DNA of 64,000 bases from the NCBI RefSeq assembly GCF_001194135.2, contig NC_068985.1:86950156-87014155 (forward strand), in the 5' to 3' direction. The position numbers were made by a program, and so were the translations under genes. The DNA comes from Octopus bimaculoides (taxonomy: Eukaryota). Shown one piece after another: positions 12,936 through 27,044 of the stretch; the first letter of the stretch is position 1; each line of letters opens with the position of its first letter. The notes beneath the pieces are model-generated. The model worked only from the letters and a program-made list of their open reading frames with translations, searched no databases and was not told the DNA's origin.

Positions 12936-13919
12936 AGGTCGTCAAGTAACTTGCAAGACAAAGATCTTTTGAGAGAGGGTGGTGTTAGAGGAGTTGGTTT
13001 TGTGCCTGGTGATGGGAGGTTAGAGCATGACAGGGGGATAGAAACAGGTGTCTTGTTGTTGTAGAGGAGGTATATGGTTACCACAGCCAGAGAGAAAGAA
13101 AGCGAGAGAGAGAAAGAGAGAGAGAGAATGAGAGAGTGCAAATAGAAAAAAGCAAAAAGGAAAGAGAACAAGAAGGAGTGATAGAGCAAAAGGTAAGAGA
13201 GAGCGAGAGAGATGGTGACAGTGTGGTGATGTGCTCAGGGATACTCTCAAGGTACAAAGATGGGAATATAAATAGAATGGTAGAGCATTGCTAAGGGGGT
13301 GCATGAGAAGGGAGTAGAGAGTTTACGTGAATGTAAAGATGGGGCAGGGCTGCAAGAGAGGGGCATGGGAGAGATGCATTGTGCATGAAGAAGAGGAAAT
13401 GTGAGTGAGAGGAGAAGAGTTGTAGTTTGGTTTATTAGGGCAGAGTGAGTGAAAAATTCAATGCTGTATATGTGGGTGGAATGCACAACACTTCCAGAAC
13501 TCACACACACACACATGCATTCAATTCTGTTCAGTATAATCCAGCAACATAACATTTATAATATTCAGTTGAGCATTTGTCAACAAAATTCAACAGCAAC
13601 AATAGAAATTTTCAACACGAATTTGGCTGATAATAGAAACTCAAACAATATGACAATGAATTTCTTAATCCTTTATTTTTTTTCTTCTTCCTCTTCTTCT
13701 TCTTCTTCCCAGATAATCATAACTTTCTCAATAAAAAGTAGTTACTAAACTGTTGCTTGCCAAAACTGATGTGTCACCATAATGCTTTCTCACTTTCTTA
13801 CACACATACATATAAATACATTTAAATATTGTTTGTCTATTTTAGAATGGATGTGAGAGAGGCTGGCAATGGTGTTTGCGTTGTTCTTATGCAATATCAG
13901 TTCATTAGTTATTTATTTT

Positions 13920-14118
13920 GCTTGCATCGTCATCGTCGTCGTCATCATCATCATCATCATCATCACTGTCATTGTTGTTGCTGTCGTCATCAACATTGTC
14001 AATATCATTATGATCATCATCATTATCGTTATCACTATTGCCATCTTTATCATTGTCATCATCATCACCATCACCATTACATCCTTACTATCATTATTAT
14101 CATCATCATCATCGTTAC

Positions 14119-14199
<81 letters not shown>

Positions 14200-14255
14200 C
14201 CTCATTATTGTTATGACTATTGATTTTACTATTTTAAATATACATAATGATAACA

Positions 14256-14302
<47 letters not shown>

Positions 14303-14345
14303 GATGTTTGTCATTGTCACCAAAATAAAGTTTCATTCTCTCCTC
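13920..14345. repeat. (CAT)/(TAT)/(TGT) trinucleotide mosaic
   Basis: Directly visible; source of the spurious poly-His/Ile/Tyr ORFs. Confidence 0.92.
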
Positions 14346-15374
14346 CTCACCATCGTTATCACAGTTATGTATCGTTTTTGAAAAAAAGAAAAAAAAACAG
14401 GAATCGAGGCTCTGACAATGTCTAGCAAAGACATTTATCAATTGTTATTTGTTCATCGATCTTCATCTGTTTTTACCCATCCATCTATCTCTGTCGGTCC
14501 ATTTGCTGTCTTCATTTAGTTTGAAAAAGTCCAGCTTCATAATATCTATTTGCTTACTATGCATGTCTGCTACCAATCTAGCTTATATCTATCACATCGT
14601 TCTATCTTATTGCAATTTATTGATGAAGCAATATATTTTGGTGATGATGGGAGCGGGGAAGGAGAAGGAAACGAAAGAAAGGTGAAATAGCAGAAAAGAA
14701 AGAAAGGTGAAATTGAATGGCGTTGTTACAAGAAGACATTATTTAACATCTTTTTTTTTTTTAATTTAAAATTTTTTTTTTTCCTGTCAATTTCCTTTTC
14801 GCAGCTTCAATTTCCTTCCACCAACAGAATATTTTTATCTCCATCACTAAAGCAATATTTCTTTCTCTATCTTTTCCTTCATTTCTTTCTCTTTTTGCTT
14901 ATTCTTCCTTTTCTTTCTTTCTCTTTCACCTCTCCACAAGACCAGCAACACGTTGGGGCCCTAAACTTTCACTTTTCTTCCTTTCATTACCTTCATCATC
15001 ATTATATGTATATCTGTGTGTGTGTGTNNNNNNNNNNNNNNNNNNNNNNNNNNNNNNNNNNNNNNNNNNNNNNNNNNNNNNNNNNNNNNNNNNNNNNNNN
15101 NNNNNNNNNNNNNNNNNNNNNNNNNNNNNNNNNNNNNNNNNNNNNNNNNNNNNNNNNNNNNNNNNNNNNNNNNNNNNNNNNNNNNNNNNNNNNNNNNNNN
15201 NNNNNNNNNNNNNNNNNNNNNNNNNNNNNNNNNNNNNNNNNNNNNNNNNNNNNNNNNNNNNNNNNNNNNNNNNNNNNNNNNNNNNNNNNNNNNNNNNNNN
15301 NNNNNNNNNNNNNNNNNNNNNNNNNNNNNNNNNNNNNNNNNNNNNNNNNNNNNNNNNNNNNNNNNNNNNNNNNN

Positions 15375-15672
15375 CACCCGCACGAAAACGGCCACGCTCG
15401 AAATGGTGTCTTTTATGTGCCACCGGCACAAGCCAGTCCAGGGGCACTGGCAACGATCTCGCTCGAAAATCCTACGGGAGCCAGTCAGGCGGTACTGGCA
15501 ACGGCCACGCTCAAAATGGTGCATCTCATGTGCCACCCGCACAAGAACCAGTCCAGGGGCACTGGCAACGATCTTACTTGGCTTGCCGGGTCTTCTCACG
15601 CACAGCACATTTCCAAAGGTCTCGGTCAGTAGTCATCGCCTCGGTGAGGCCCAATGTACGAAGGTCTTGCCA
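15375..15672 (-). mobile_element. RTE LINE C-terminus plus CpG-rich repeated 3' UTR
   Basis: Minus strand translates WQDLRTLGLTEAMTTDRDLWKCAVREKTRQAK*, followed by tandem GTGCCACCGGCAC..GGCACTGGCAACG modules. Confidence 0.8.
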
Positions 15673-15805
15673 ACATGTGTGTGTGTGTGTGTGTGTGTAT
15701 TGTTTAGGGTAATATTGAATTTTTTCCTGAATAAAGCAATTGTTTTTGTCACTATTATTTTTATCATTATTATTATTATTATTATTATCATCATCATCAT
15801 CATTA

Positions 15806-16030
15806 TTAAGACAGCAAACTGGCAGAATCGTGAGGATGCTGGGTAAGATGCTTAGCAGCATTTCTTCCAGCCTTGTATTCTGAGTTCAAATTCTGCAGAG
15901 GTTAACTTTGCCTTTCATCCATCCAGTGTCAATAAAATCAATACATATAAAGTCCTTGGGTTGATTTAATTGACTTCCCCTCCCCTCAAAATTGCTGATT
16001 TTTTGCCAAAATTTGAATGAATTTTATCCT
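15806..16030 (+). mobile_element. SINE family C
   Basis: CTGAGTTCAAATTC box B and TTTGCCTTTCATCC core; preceded by (TTA)/(TCA)n. A further decayed copy lies at ~16365-16550. Confidence 0.8.
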
Positions 16031-16275
16031 CCTTGTTGTTCTTGCTGTTGTTGTTGTACATTGAAGCAAGAAAATGTCTTTAAAAAAGAACAAATCAATT
16101 TTTAATACAATTATCCTTTGGAAAATAAAATGGTTTTCTGTTGTAGATTTACTAATGGAAATCTTTCTGATTGTTTAAAGTGTTATCCCATAACCTAGGC
16201 CACAAAAATGGCTTGTTTTTAAGTCTTTTCAACTATTTATTTATTTTTCATCAAATAACCATTTGTTGTGTTTAG

Positions 16276-16324
16276 TCTCATTACAAGAGGACCTGTTCGG
16301 AGGCAGCTGAAAACAGTGTATGGT
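16276..16324 (+). CDS. Candidate exon (49 nt, phase 2 to 0), xLITRGPVRRQLKTVYG
   Basis: T-rich tract, TAAC branch-like motif, GTTTAG acceptor and GTAAGG donor. In frame with 5810-5897 and 29678-29700. Confidence 0.35.
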
Positions 16325-17249
16325 GTAAGGTGTGTTCCTATCCTTGGCCAATGCTAGCTAGAATCAGGGTGGTGATCTGGAAGAATCGTTACTGTTCTAA
16401 GTTCAATTGTTGCCAGGGTCACCTTTGCTTTTCATCATATCGGGATTAATATCATAAGTACCAGTTGAGTCCTGGGTTCGATGCTATTGACTTATTTCTT
16501 TCCTTGAAATTGCTGGCCTTGTGCCAAAATTTAAAATCAATATTAGATAATAGTGTGATTGTCACCAAGGAAGAGATTATGTATTGGTGCAACACATTCA
16601 GATATCCTACAAATAATCCAGTCTTGCATATCTTTGTTGATGCATTAAACAAGAATGCATTTGAATAAATAAATGGCAAATTGAGATCAAGTTAAGAACT
16701 GTTGTTTTGTGCAAAATGAGCGAAAAAAGAAGATAAAGAAAGGACATGTGAAATTTAGACATCAAAATGGTATTATTGACAGGAAGATGCAGATGGAACT
16801 GAAGAAAGTTCTGATGGTTCCTGAACGAAACAATGATCTGACCAAGCTTTGTGGAATGACCAAACATGCATGGAAGAGTCCTGAGCGTTCAGCTGATATT
16901 ACCTTGAGAAAAGAATAAAAGAAAATAAGAGAACTGGTTTAAAGCAAAACCTTGAAATAAGAAAAAAGGAACCTTAAGATCAGTTTAATGGTACATTCAC
17001 TAAACTTCTGGTGGAGCTTAAAATAACTTGTGGTGTAAGCAAAAGATCAAAGAGTAAATTTATGGACACATTTCACCCATCTGTATTATTGTTACTCAAT
17101 GCAGGGTAACCATTGCTGGCTGCTGCTATTGCGCTAAACATCTGACATAATTAATTGTTTTATTTTAGAAATAACCACATCCAAACAAGGAATGAAGGCC
17201 ACTCAACAACATTGATATTGTTGGCAGAAACACGCAAGAGAAACCTGAG

Positions 17250-17790
17250 CCTCAATGAAAGTTAATATGGGAAAAAGATTTCTGGTATAGCTTGGTGAAA
17301 TGAATCCTGGTTGGAAAAGTATGGAAGCAGGAGAAGGTGGAGGAAGAGACACATAAAATCAGGTGAGATATTGGGAGAGCAATTGTCAATGTTTCCTGTA
17401 GATGTGGATGTTGTGGGTTGTAGCTAAATCTACAAAGTCCTGCTTGGCTCACATTTGACTTAGGAAGTGTAGCAGAACAGCAAAAAACCAAAATATTCTT
17501 CATTCTGGCTATTGTAGCGACAGAAGTGACGGAAAGACTAAAGCAAAGAACAAAGAAGAAATTCTTAGTGAAATAAAAACACTTGTAATGGTTGGAGCGG
17601 TTACAGCTGACCCCCAGCTTGATGTGGTGGCCACATATGGATAATAGAGAAGAAGAAATGTGTGAGTGAGTGGGGGGAGAACAGAGCTTGGACCTTGCTT
17701 AGTTACATTTATGCTGCTTAGTAGTAGCACTGAGGTGAGTGATGCTGGCAGGAGGTGGTGAATATGTTGTGATCTCTAGCAGACAGTTGA
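17250..17790 (-). pseudogene. Decayed CR1/Jockey-group LINE ORF2 C-terminal fragment
   Basis: Minus strand gives LLLYYPYVATTSSWGSA, resembling the LLxLY..VRPxLEYC..xWGxA motif; multiple frameshifts. Confidence 0.4.
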
Positions 17791-18538
17791 TGAAAAAAAT
17801 GTATGAATGTGTTCCAGAGTGCAAGCTCTATCTAAAATATAATACATTCAAAGAATCTTGTATTTGGAAGTAGTTTTATTTTTTAGTGTCTAAGGTGAAC
17901 TGATCAAAATATATCATCATGTTTGGAACTGATCAAAATATAGTTTTTGTTTTGAATAACAACAAAAATGTATTTGCCATTGTTTGAAGAATCAGTGTTG
18001 TTACATGTTATTGTCTTTTGGTTTTTTCTTTAATATTTATTTTTCTGTTTGTTTTGTTCATATTTCTACAATTACTGGAACTATAAAATTTGCCAAATTA
18101 TTCCGCAGACACACAGACTTTCAATGTTTCTGTGATTGTCTTGATTTTTCATTTATTAGAAATTTTACTGAAAATTAATAATTAAATTCTACTTAATTGT
18201 CAGTACTGGTCATTTTTATTTACAAAAGAAAAAAGTAACATTGAAAATATAAAGACACAAAAAAAAAAAAACAGAAAATTAAATACTTTTAAAATGTTTC
18301 TCTTTATCATGTAATCCTAAGAAAACAGCATACTTACATACATACATACATACATGCATACATACATACATACANNNNNNNNNNNNNNNNNNNNNNNNNN
18401 NNTATATATATATATATGTATGTATATATAAAGAGAGAGAGAGAGAGAGAGATAATTAGATATATATGTGTGTGTGTGTGTGTGTATAAAGAGACAGAGA
18501 GATAATTTGATATATATGTACATATATATGTGTGTATG

Positions 18539-18574
<36 letters not shown>

Positions 18575-19513
18575 ATGTGTTTTTGTATGTATATATGTGT
18601 GTGCTTATGTGTGCATATGAGTGTGAGATGTATACGTTCATACATACATTTATACACATACGCAAGAATAGTTCTGAAGCTGTAAAAAAGTGTCACCTCA
18701 CTGCAAAAAAGGGGAAGAGAAAAGGTCAGTGAACTTTGACTTCTTTTATTCTCATTAACAACAAGACTAAAACCAATCTTATGACAATATCTGCTTCACA
18801 TTTCTTCATCTTTTGTTCTGTTGTTATCTTTTAAATGTTTGTTATTTTACATGTATTTTTCTTTACTTTTTTAGTATTTTTTTTATTAGGGATCCTCCCC
18901 TCCTCTATTAGTTATTTTACTTCTAAAACAAGAAAAAGAGAAAAAATGATAGTGATAAATAAATAAATAAATGATTATAAAACTAGAAAAAACATACTTG
19001 GCCTTCCATTATAACAATGAAAGTGGTGAGAATTTAACTGTGTGTGAAAAAAAAAATATATATGTAGAAAAAAATCAGAGAAAATATAAGAACAAGACAC
19101 AAAAACAAAGCAAGCAAGAAGGCATTGTAGTATTAAATGCAACATTAATGATACCATAGCAGCTGAATAATTATATGATAGAGTCAAGTTATGACAACTT
19201 TGATCAGTGAGTCATTTATTTAAAAGAAAAAAATGGAAAAAAAAAAGGAAAGAGAAAAAAATACAAGAAAAGGAACAATATAAACAACAAAAACAAATCT
19301 ATATGAATTACAAATAACAGAGCAATTATTATACTTGACTGAAAAATGTAACCCACAATATACACACACACACACACACCTGACAACACCCAGAATATAT
19401 ATATATGTACATGTGTTGTATGTATATGTGTGTGAGTCTGAAAAATAACGCAAGTGAATATACATATATGTGGGTGGGTGGGTGTGTATGTGTGAGAGAG
19501 ATAGAGAGAGAAG

Positions 19514-19581
<68 letters not shown>

Positions 19582-19724
19582 AATAGAAAAAGTAAATAAA
19601 TGGCTTTGGAAGAAGCCAGGAACACAATCAAGTATCAAACTAAATCTACAAAAGTTGTCAGCTGGGTAAATAAACTTTGCAGATGGTGATGCTCTAAAAC
19701 GATGTAGAGTTTGACATTACATCA

Positions 19725-19945
19725 TCATCATCATCATTGTTTAAGGTCTATTTTCCATGCTGGCATGGGTTGGCTGGTTTGACTGAAGTATTGTGAGCCA
19801 GAAGGCTGCACCAGGCTCTGATCTGGCAAAGTTTCTACAGCTGGATGCCCTTCCTAATGCCAACCACTCCGAGAGTGTAGTGGGTGCTTTCGACGTGTCA
19901 CCAGCACGGGAGCCAGTCCAGCAGCACTGGCAACGACCACGCTCA
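19725..19945 (-). mobile_element. RTE-tail repeat
   Basis: Reverse complement of the 6965-7190 family, with (CAT)n on the + strand at its 3' end. Other copies at ~32480-32660, 33130-33280 and 62165-62345. Confidence 0.8.
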
Positions 19946-20149
19946 ACAATTTGTAAATATCATAAAAGTAGAAAGAGAGTTGTAGTTGTTGTTGTCATCA
20001 TTGTTGTATTTGTTGTGTAACTGCTAGGTTTGGCAGTCCTAGGTTCAGACCTTTATGATCCGTATATATATAAGGCAAGATGTGTGTGTGTGTGTGTGTG
20101 TACGTGAATGTAGTTTATGCACGTCCACAAATTAGCACGCATGACTGTA

Positions 20150-20565
20150 TGATTCTTGTGTAAGTACAGCTATGCTCCAAGGCCTTGAATGCAGAAGACA
20201 TGCAAAGTCTGGAGAAGAAGAATGAAGCTAGTGTGTACCAATGGATATACAGTATCAGTGAACAGGTACAAAAAGGTGCAAATATATTGAGAGAAAAGTT
20301 AGGCTTAAAAGGAATTGTGTTTGGTATGCAATAGAGAACACTACAATGGTTTGATCATGTGATGTGTATGGATTGAGGACAACTGTATAAGAAATGTTGA
20401 TTGCTGAAAGTGGACGGGTATATAAACGTGGGAAAGAGGAACTCCCAGAAAGATATGGGATGGAGTTGTGAGGGCCAGTCTCAAGATTGGCTCTTACTAC
20501 CTGAGCATCACAGAAGAGAAGAAAACAGACCAAGATGTCTGGTTCTTGAGAAAATCTGAGACATT
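20150..20565 (+). pseudogene. RTE LINE ORF C-terminal fragment
   Basis: Translates ALNAEDMQSLE..NEASV..W..S.....N.LREKLGLKGI..GMQ*RTLQWFDHVMCMD, matching the RTE RRLRWxGHVxRM region; contains stops and frameshifts. Confidence 0.8.
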
Positions 20566-20596
20566 AAAAAGCTGGCACTTAGCTTCTGTTTCTCAA

Positions 20597-20756
20597 GGTG
20601 TGGCTGTGTGGTACAAAGTTGGCTTCCAAATCACATGGTTCTGGGTTCAGTCCCTCTGTGTGGCACATTGGGCAAGTGCTTTCTAATATAACCTCGAGCC
20701 AACCAAAGATTTGTGAGTGAATTTGGTAGATGGAAACTGAAAGAAGTTCATTGTAT

Positions 20757-20789
<33 letters not shown>

Positions 20790-21095
20790 TATCAATAAAT
20801 ATATATGAGAGGAAAAGAGTAAAGGGTGGCTGTGTGCAGGATGGGTGAGGCAGCAGAAAGCGCCTCTGATTGGTTATCATGCAAGAGAGAAGATTTAAGC
20901 TGGAACCCAAAAGTAGATGATGAGCAGTGATTTAACCACCTCTGCTGAATAACCATTGGGAGGGTGTTATGGTTGGAACACCCAATGATTGTTGGAAACC
21001 ATCCGATAACATCTATTGCTTCTGGTCAAAACTCCATCCACTTTGATGAGCAGAAACAAAGAACCTTTTTTCTGGCTGTTATCACTAACATTTGT

Positions 21096-21136
<41 letters not shown>

Positions 21137-21347
21137 TCCCCCCCCCTATTGCCTGATGACCAGTGTTAGTGTGTTTACATCCCCATAACTTAGCAGTTCA
21201 GCAAAAGAGATTGATAGGTTAAATACCTGCGTTTAAAAATAAAAAAGTACTGGAGTTGATTAATTAAACTAAAAATTCATTAAGGCAGTGCCCCAGCATG
21301 GTCGTACTCTAATGACTGAAATATGTAAACGATAAAAGATAAAAGAT
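20597..21347 (+). mobile_element. SINE family A split at its microsatellite (5' half 20597-20790, 3' half ~21093-21347)
   Basis: Both halves match 11531-11935; about 300 bp of unrelated sequence lies between two (TG)n tracts. Confidence 0.7.
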
Positions 21348-22771
21348 ACCAACTTCCAGACGAAAGAAAAATAAATATTTACATAAAACACAGAAAGAAG
21401 AGTAAAATATATATGAAAGTCTTGAAAATACAATTAAGTCACTTTCAGACTTAATTAATTAAAAGAAATTGATAATAATTATATTATTGGGTTTTTGTAG
21501 ATATGGGTATATAAAAATTAATAATAGCCTTAAAATTGTTTAAATGATTGAAGACTGAAAGGCTGTTTGTTCTTATGTAAGCATAAGATGTCTATATATG
21601 TATATGTATATGTATACACACATGCACACACGCACACACAAAGAAGCAGATATCAATAAAAGCAAAAAGAAAAGGTAAAAAACAGATATATCAAAAACAA
21701 AATAGATAAATATTCAAATGAGATACACAAGAAATGGAGAAAAACAATTAATAAAGTCTGGAAAAAAAAACAACACATTTTTAAGAAAACATCTTAAAAA
21801 CACGTCTTAAGAACACGTCTCAAAACTTTAGGTTTGTTTTGTGTAAAGTTTATAATTGTATAGAATTGACTGCTCCTCACCAGTAGCACCGACATTAGTT
21901 TTGTATTTGGGGAAGTGGCAGGGGATGAATAAGGAAAAATAAAAATAAACAAAATGTAGGAAAAAAGAAAATGGTTTAATGATGATAATTGACAATAGAT
22001 AAAATAGCTGTTGACAAATGATGCATCTAAAAAAAATGCAATCATTTACTGACCCAAGTTTCAGTCTTGTCATAACTTTGGTAAATACTGCTGGCTAATT
22101 GAATCTAAGGAATATATTAGATTCTCACGGAATCTTAAACAGCTTTCTGATTTTATAAATTCTTACCTAAAACCTCACTCTTTTAATATACATTATCATT
22201 TTATTCAACATGTTAACACTTCATTAACTTTATTATCGTCCTCGTTTTATATCTGAGTTTCTTGTCAGCATGAGTTAGATCGGTCGTTAATGATCTCCTA
22301 GATGGGTTGGAGTACCATATTTTACAACTAAATTCCATTTCTACTTATTTTACTCTGGTTGGATGTTCTTTCTACAATCAACCACTTTACAAGGTGTCCT
22401 CAGTGCATTTTATCAATGGTGTCAGCAAATAAAAACTGTGATGTCTTCCACAAGACTGAAAAGTTCTTCTCAACCATGTCCTTACCAGAGTACACTGGAT
22501 GCACTTTTTTGTAACCCAAGCACTAGAGAGGTTGTTACATCTTTGCCATAATTAAAGGCTCTTCAGATCCTTTCATTTAACAAAGTGTAATGACTGCATT
22601 TTATCACAGCACAAACATTCGAGAGATGAAGAGAGAAAGAGTGATGACCCTTGATACAAAATAACCAGAGGATAGTAAATGTAGAAGGTAGAGGTTCCTT
22701 AAATATGTAAACAATTATTTAAGAAACTAGGGTACCATCTGTCACATGGAAGGTAATATTAGAAGTATATT

Positions 22772-22996
22772 TTAATCCTTTAACATTTAAGCCAACCGTA
22801 TTTGGCCCAGATATTCTACCACTATTATGTCCACATTGGCCAGATCTGGCATCTCAAACCTACCCTACAATGTCATTCTAAAAATATACAATCACATCTT
22901 TGAAATCTCTAAGCTATGAGATAATGCGTGATTAATTCAAAATAATGTGAAATAAACATTACATCCGAGAGAATAACTTGAATGTTAAAGGCTTAA
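22772..22996. mobile_element. piggyBac-like MITE, second copy
   Basis: TTAA-TCCTTT...AAAGGC-TTAA; colinear with 6124-6349. Confidence 0.72.
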
Positions 22997-24377
22997 CCAT
23001 TGTAGATAACATCAGAAAATATGGCATTACATGCAACAGAAATTAACTCTTCACAAATCTCATCAGTGCTTTTTATGTGGTCTCAGTATGGTTCTCTTTA
23101 CAGGGCGCCATCACCAGTGCTTTTTATGTGGCACCATCACCAGTGCGTTTTATGTGGTACCATCAGTACTTTTTACATGGCATCACTACCATACTGAACA
23201 TAAATATTTATGCTTATAAATTTGTTTTGCAAGATTCCTGATATGAGACCATGAGCGGAAACAGATATTTTGTTATACTCTGGGATGGTCAAATATTTTC
23301 CTTACCAAATAAACACACACTCTATATATCTGTTCTTCACTCATTTATTATTGTTCTTATTTTCTCTTATTTCCATTGTCTGGAAATCTTTCATCACAGG
23401 TGTGTGACAAATTTGGCAAGCCAAATTCTGTCCAACTGTCAAACCAATGTCAGCAAGGAAAGTGAATATTAAACGATGATGATGATGATGAAGATTAAAT
23501 GTCATGCTGCCAGTAACAATCAAGTAAGTCCTATAATGGCATCAATGTAGTTAACTACTTCCATTCCTTAAAATGGTCAGGCATCAGTTTTTGTAACAGG
23601 CTTTGTTATTTTTTTAATTGATATTTTTACAACCTGGAACTACATGAAATAGAACAAACACCATAGAAATTGATTTGGTAAACAGTGCCATCCAAGTTTT
23701 ATCAAAATAGCTAAGAGCTTTATAGAAGTGTAGAATATAAAAATGAGTAATATTTATATAGTTTGTGTTGGATATGTGTGTGTGTGTGTGTGTTTTGCTT
23801 TTTCTCAAATCTGTAAGTTATATTTTTGCAGGGGCGGAGGAGGTGCAGTTGTTGTTTTTCTATTGAGATAAACCTTTATATTAATAAAAGCTTATAAGAA
23901 TGTGTGGAAATAAAGAATGAAATGAAATGATATGAATGTAGACATTACAAGATATCTGGCTGACAACATGCCCCATCCTCCCCCACCCACCACCATCATG
24001 GAAAATGAAATAAAAATAAAAAGTAAAATAAATGTAAAAGAAACACAATTAAACATATAAATACTCTGAACAATACATGTTAAATCTCTTCATTTCACTA
24101 ATGAAAGATGTATGCAGATAAGTGTAAATCCAGATATTTGGGAAAATAAACAAGAAACAAAAATGAAAAGAAGGCAAAAAACAAAGAAGAAAACAACTAT
24201 GAGTTAAAAGGATAAAAATAAGGTTTATTCATTTAGCAGTTGAAGTTAATCAAATATTTATACATACTTATATACATACATACATGAATATGTATATATA
24301 TATATATATATGTGTGTGTGTCTGTATCTGTGTATCTGTGTATATGTATGTATATATATATATGCATGTAGATATAG

Positions 24378-24411
<34 letters not shown>

Positions 24412-26039
24412 NNNNNNNNNNNNNNNNNNNNNNNNNNNNNNNNNNNNNNNNNNNNNNNNNNNNNNNNNNNNNNNNNNNNNNNNNNNNNNNNNNNNNNNNN
24501 NNNNNNNNNNNNNNNNNNNNNNNNNNNNNNNNNNNNNNNNNNNNNNNNNNNNNNNNNNNNNNNNNNNNNNNNNNNNNNNNNNNNNNNNNNNNNNNNNNNN
24601 NNNNNNNNNNNNNNNNNNNNNNNNNNNNNNNNNNNNNNTATATATATATATATATATATATATATGCATATACACACACATACATATATATATATTGAAT
24701 GCAGCAGGGAAAGGGTTGTAAAATATTGATTGTTATAAATATGTAAAGGTAGAGAAAGCATAAGGATGTTGTGAAAACTGTTAAATGCGCACATATTATT
24801 TTCATCCTGTTTGTGTGAAAATTATTATAACAAGATTATTTGGAGAATCTTTAAAACTGCGACTTAGCAATGTAATCCTTGTCATGTTCGAATAGAAAAT
24901 AATATAATATAAATGTATGTTTATGCCGAGAAGAAAATATAACAAGAATATTATCGCACAAAAGAAGAAAAGATAACTTGAAGAATTACAGCAGTGAGAG
25001 TGTTTCAATGAATATTTCGCATAACAGCATTAAAGTGAGAAAACCACGAAGGAAATAAGATTAAGGTAACACAAGCTAGGTCCTTCAAGATTCTAAAGGA
25101 TTTCCTGTGAAATATTATTCTGTTATTAATTCAAGTTGTTCATCTTCACTTGAGGCAAACTGAAAATATATTCTGTTTGATTTTTCTACACAGAGTAACT
25201 AAAGAATTCTTGAAACAAACTTTTTCAGTTTTGGGTTGGAATATTTGAGATGAAGTCAATCAAAATGAATAGCAATAATTTCTTAGTTTTTCTGGCTGCT
25301 GCCAATCCTTGATCCGAGCCGTTATTGTTCTATAGATAGTACAAGACAGATATAGATTTTTAGATCTATAATTCTTGACGCTAATAAGTATTGTTCCATT
25401 CTGGCTAATAGAAGGAATTAAGAAGATAAACTGATTTCCTGATTATCAATGCATAAACCTAAATTCAATTGATCCATTCTCTCTTCAGCTATCATTTTTG
25501 CATCATGCTTACGTAAGCAGGAATGCATACATGCGCACACATACACCCACACATACACACATGTCTGTGTTTATGGAAGATATCTCCCTCCTCCTCCTCA
25601 TCATCATCATCATTGTTGTCGTCGTAGTCGTCATCGCCGTAGTCGTCGTCATCATCATCATCATTATCATCATCATCATCATCATTTAATATCACTTTTC
25701 GATGCCAGCATTTGTTGGGACAGTTTGACAGTATCTGATATGAGTTGGATGAACTGTTTGGTGCTCCAGTACCTGCTTCAGCTTGGTTTCAATAGCTGGG
25801 TGCTATGCCTGATGACGACCTCTCTACAATGTGTACAGTGTACATTTCATAGTACCAGCATTAGTGAGGTCCCTGCAACATCTATATTCCTCTTGTAGTA
25901 CCAGCATTAGCGAGGTCTGTGCAACATCTCTATTCCTCCCCATGCCTGTCATCGCTTATGTCCCTGCTGTAAGGCTTCACTTCCACACACACCAACTTAA
26001 TTTAATTCGTCCTTAGTTGAAAGACACCTGTTGTTAATG

Positions 26040-26475
26040 TCCTGTTATTTGAAATTGTATTTGTGTACTCATGTGGTACTTGAGAAGATCCATCAAGCCA
26101 AGTGAAATCATGGGGGCAAGGAGGCTGATGCTGGTGACACATGAAAAGCACCTTTTGAGTGTTGGGCTTCATGGAGGCAATGACGAATGACCAAGACCTT
26201 TGGCATTATGCGTTGCTTGAGAAGAAGACCAATCAAATCAAGTGAAATCATCATCATGGCAGATACTGGTGTTATGCAAATGGCACCCGTGCCAGTGGCA
26301 TGTAAAAGCACCCATTACACTCTCAGGGTGGTTGGCATTAGGCAGGGTATCCAGCTATAGAAACCAGGCCAAATCATGCTAGAGTCTGGTACAGCCTTCC
26401 AGCTTTGCCAGCCCTGGTCAAGCCATCCAACCCATTCTAGCATGGACAACAGACGTTAAATGATGATGACGATGA
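26040..26475 (+). mobile_element. RTE LINE 3' end (duplicated terminus) with UTR and (GAT)n tail
   Basis: VLGFMEAMTNDQDLWHYALLEKKTNQIK* followed by the 6965-7190-type tail. Confidence 0.78.
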
Positions 26476-27044
26476 TGATTATGACATGTATGTATGTATG
26501 TATGTATGTGTGTATGTGTGTGTGTGTGTATGTACGTATGTATGTATGTATGTATGTGTGTGTGTGTATGTATGTATGTATGTATGCATGTATGTATTTG
26601 TGTATGTATGTATTTGTGTATGTATGTATGTATGTATGCATGTATGTATGTATGTATATGGGATTTCAATTCCCAAATCTTAACATGTATCATTGCAATT
26701 AATTCTAATAATTCTAATTAATTATTGAAGATATTCAACAATTGTCAGATACTTATTTCTGTTGATTATTACATAGACAAGTTTAACATAATTATAACCT
26801 TTCAATAAGACGTCGAAAGATAATTATTGGAATATCAACGACCAATTACTAGGGATTGAAAGATCCATTTCGTTTACTTCACAATAATTTAGTCACTTTA
26901 ATGCAATGACTTGCTATTGTGTCCTTGTTGCACTGGATACCAATTTTTACAGACAGGTGTTCGAATCCTAGCATTGGCTGTTATCTTTCATGTATGTTCA
27001 AAGGGCCCAGAATATGTGTGCAGATACATATGTGTATTACTGCT

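Noticed and set aside
19160-19206. Phase-0 open segment before GTGAGT (QLNNYMIESSYDNFD)
   Set aside because: The acceptor is purine-rich with no pyrimidine tract.
23058-23170. Short spaced repeats superficially like a CRISPR array
   Set aside because: The units are degenerate RTE-UTR modules without unique spacers; eukaryotic context and no cas genes.
26945-26975. GGTGTTCGAATCC box B suggesting a tRNA gene
   Set aside because: No cloverleaf or acceptor stem can be built. No genuine tRNA gene was found; SINE heads account for the other A/B boxes.
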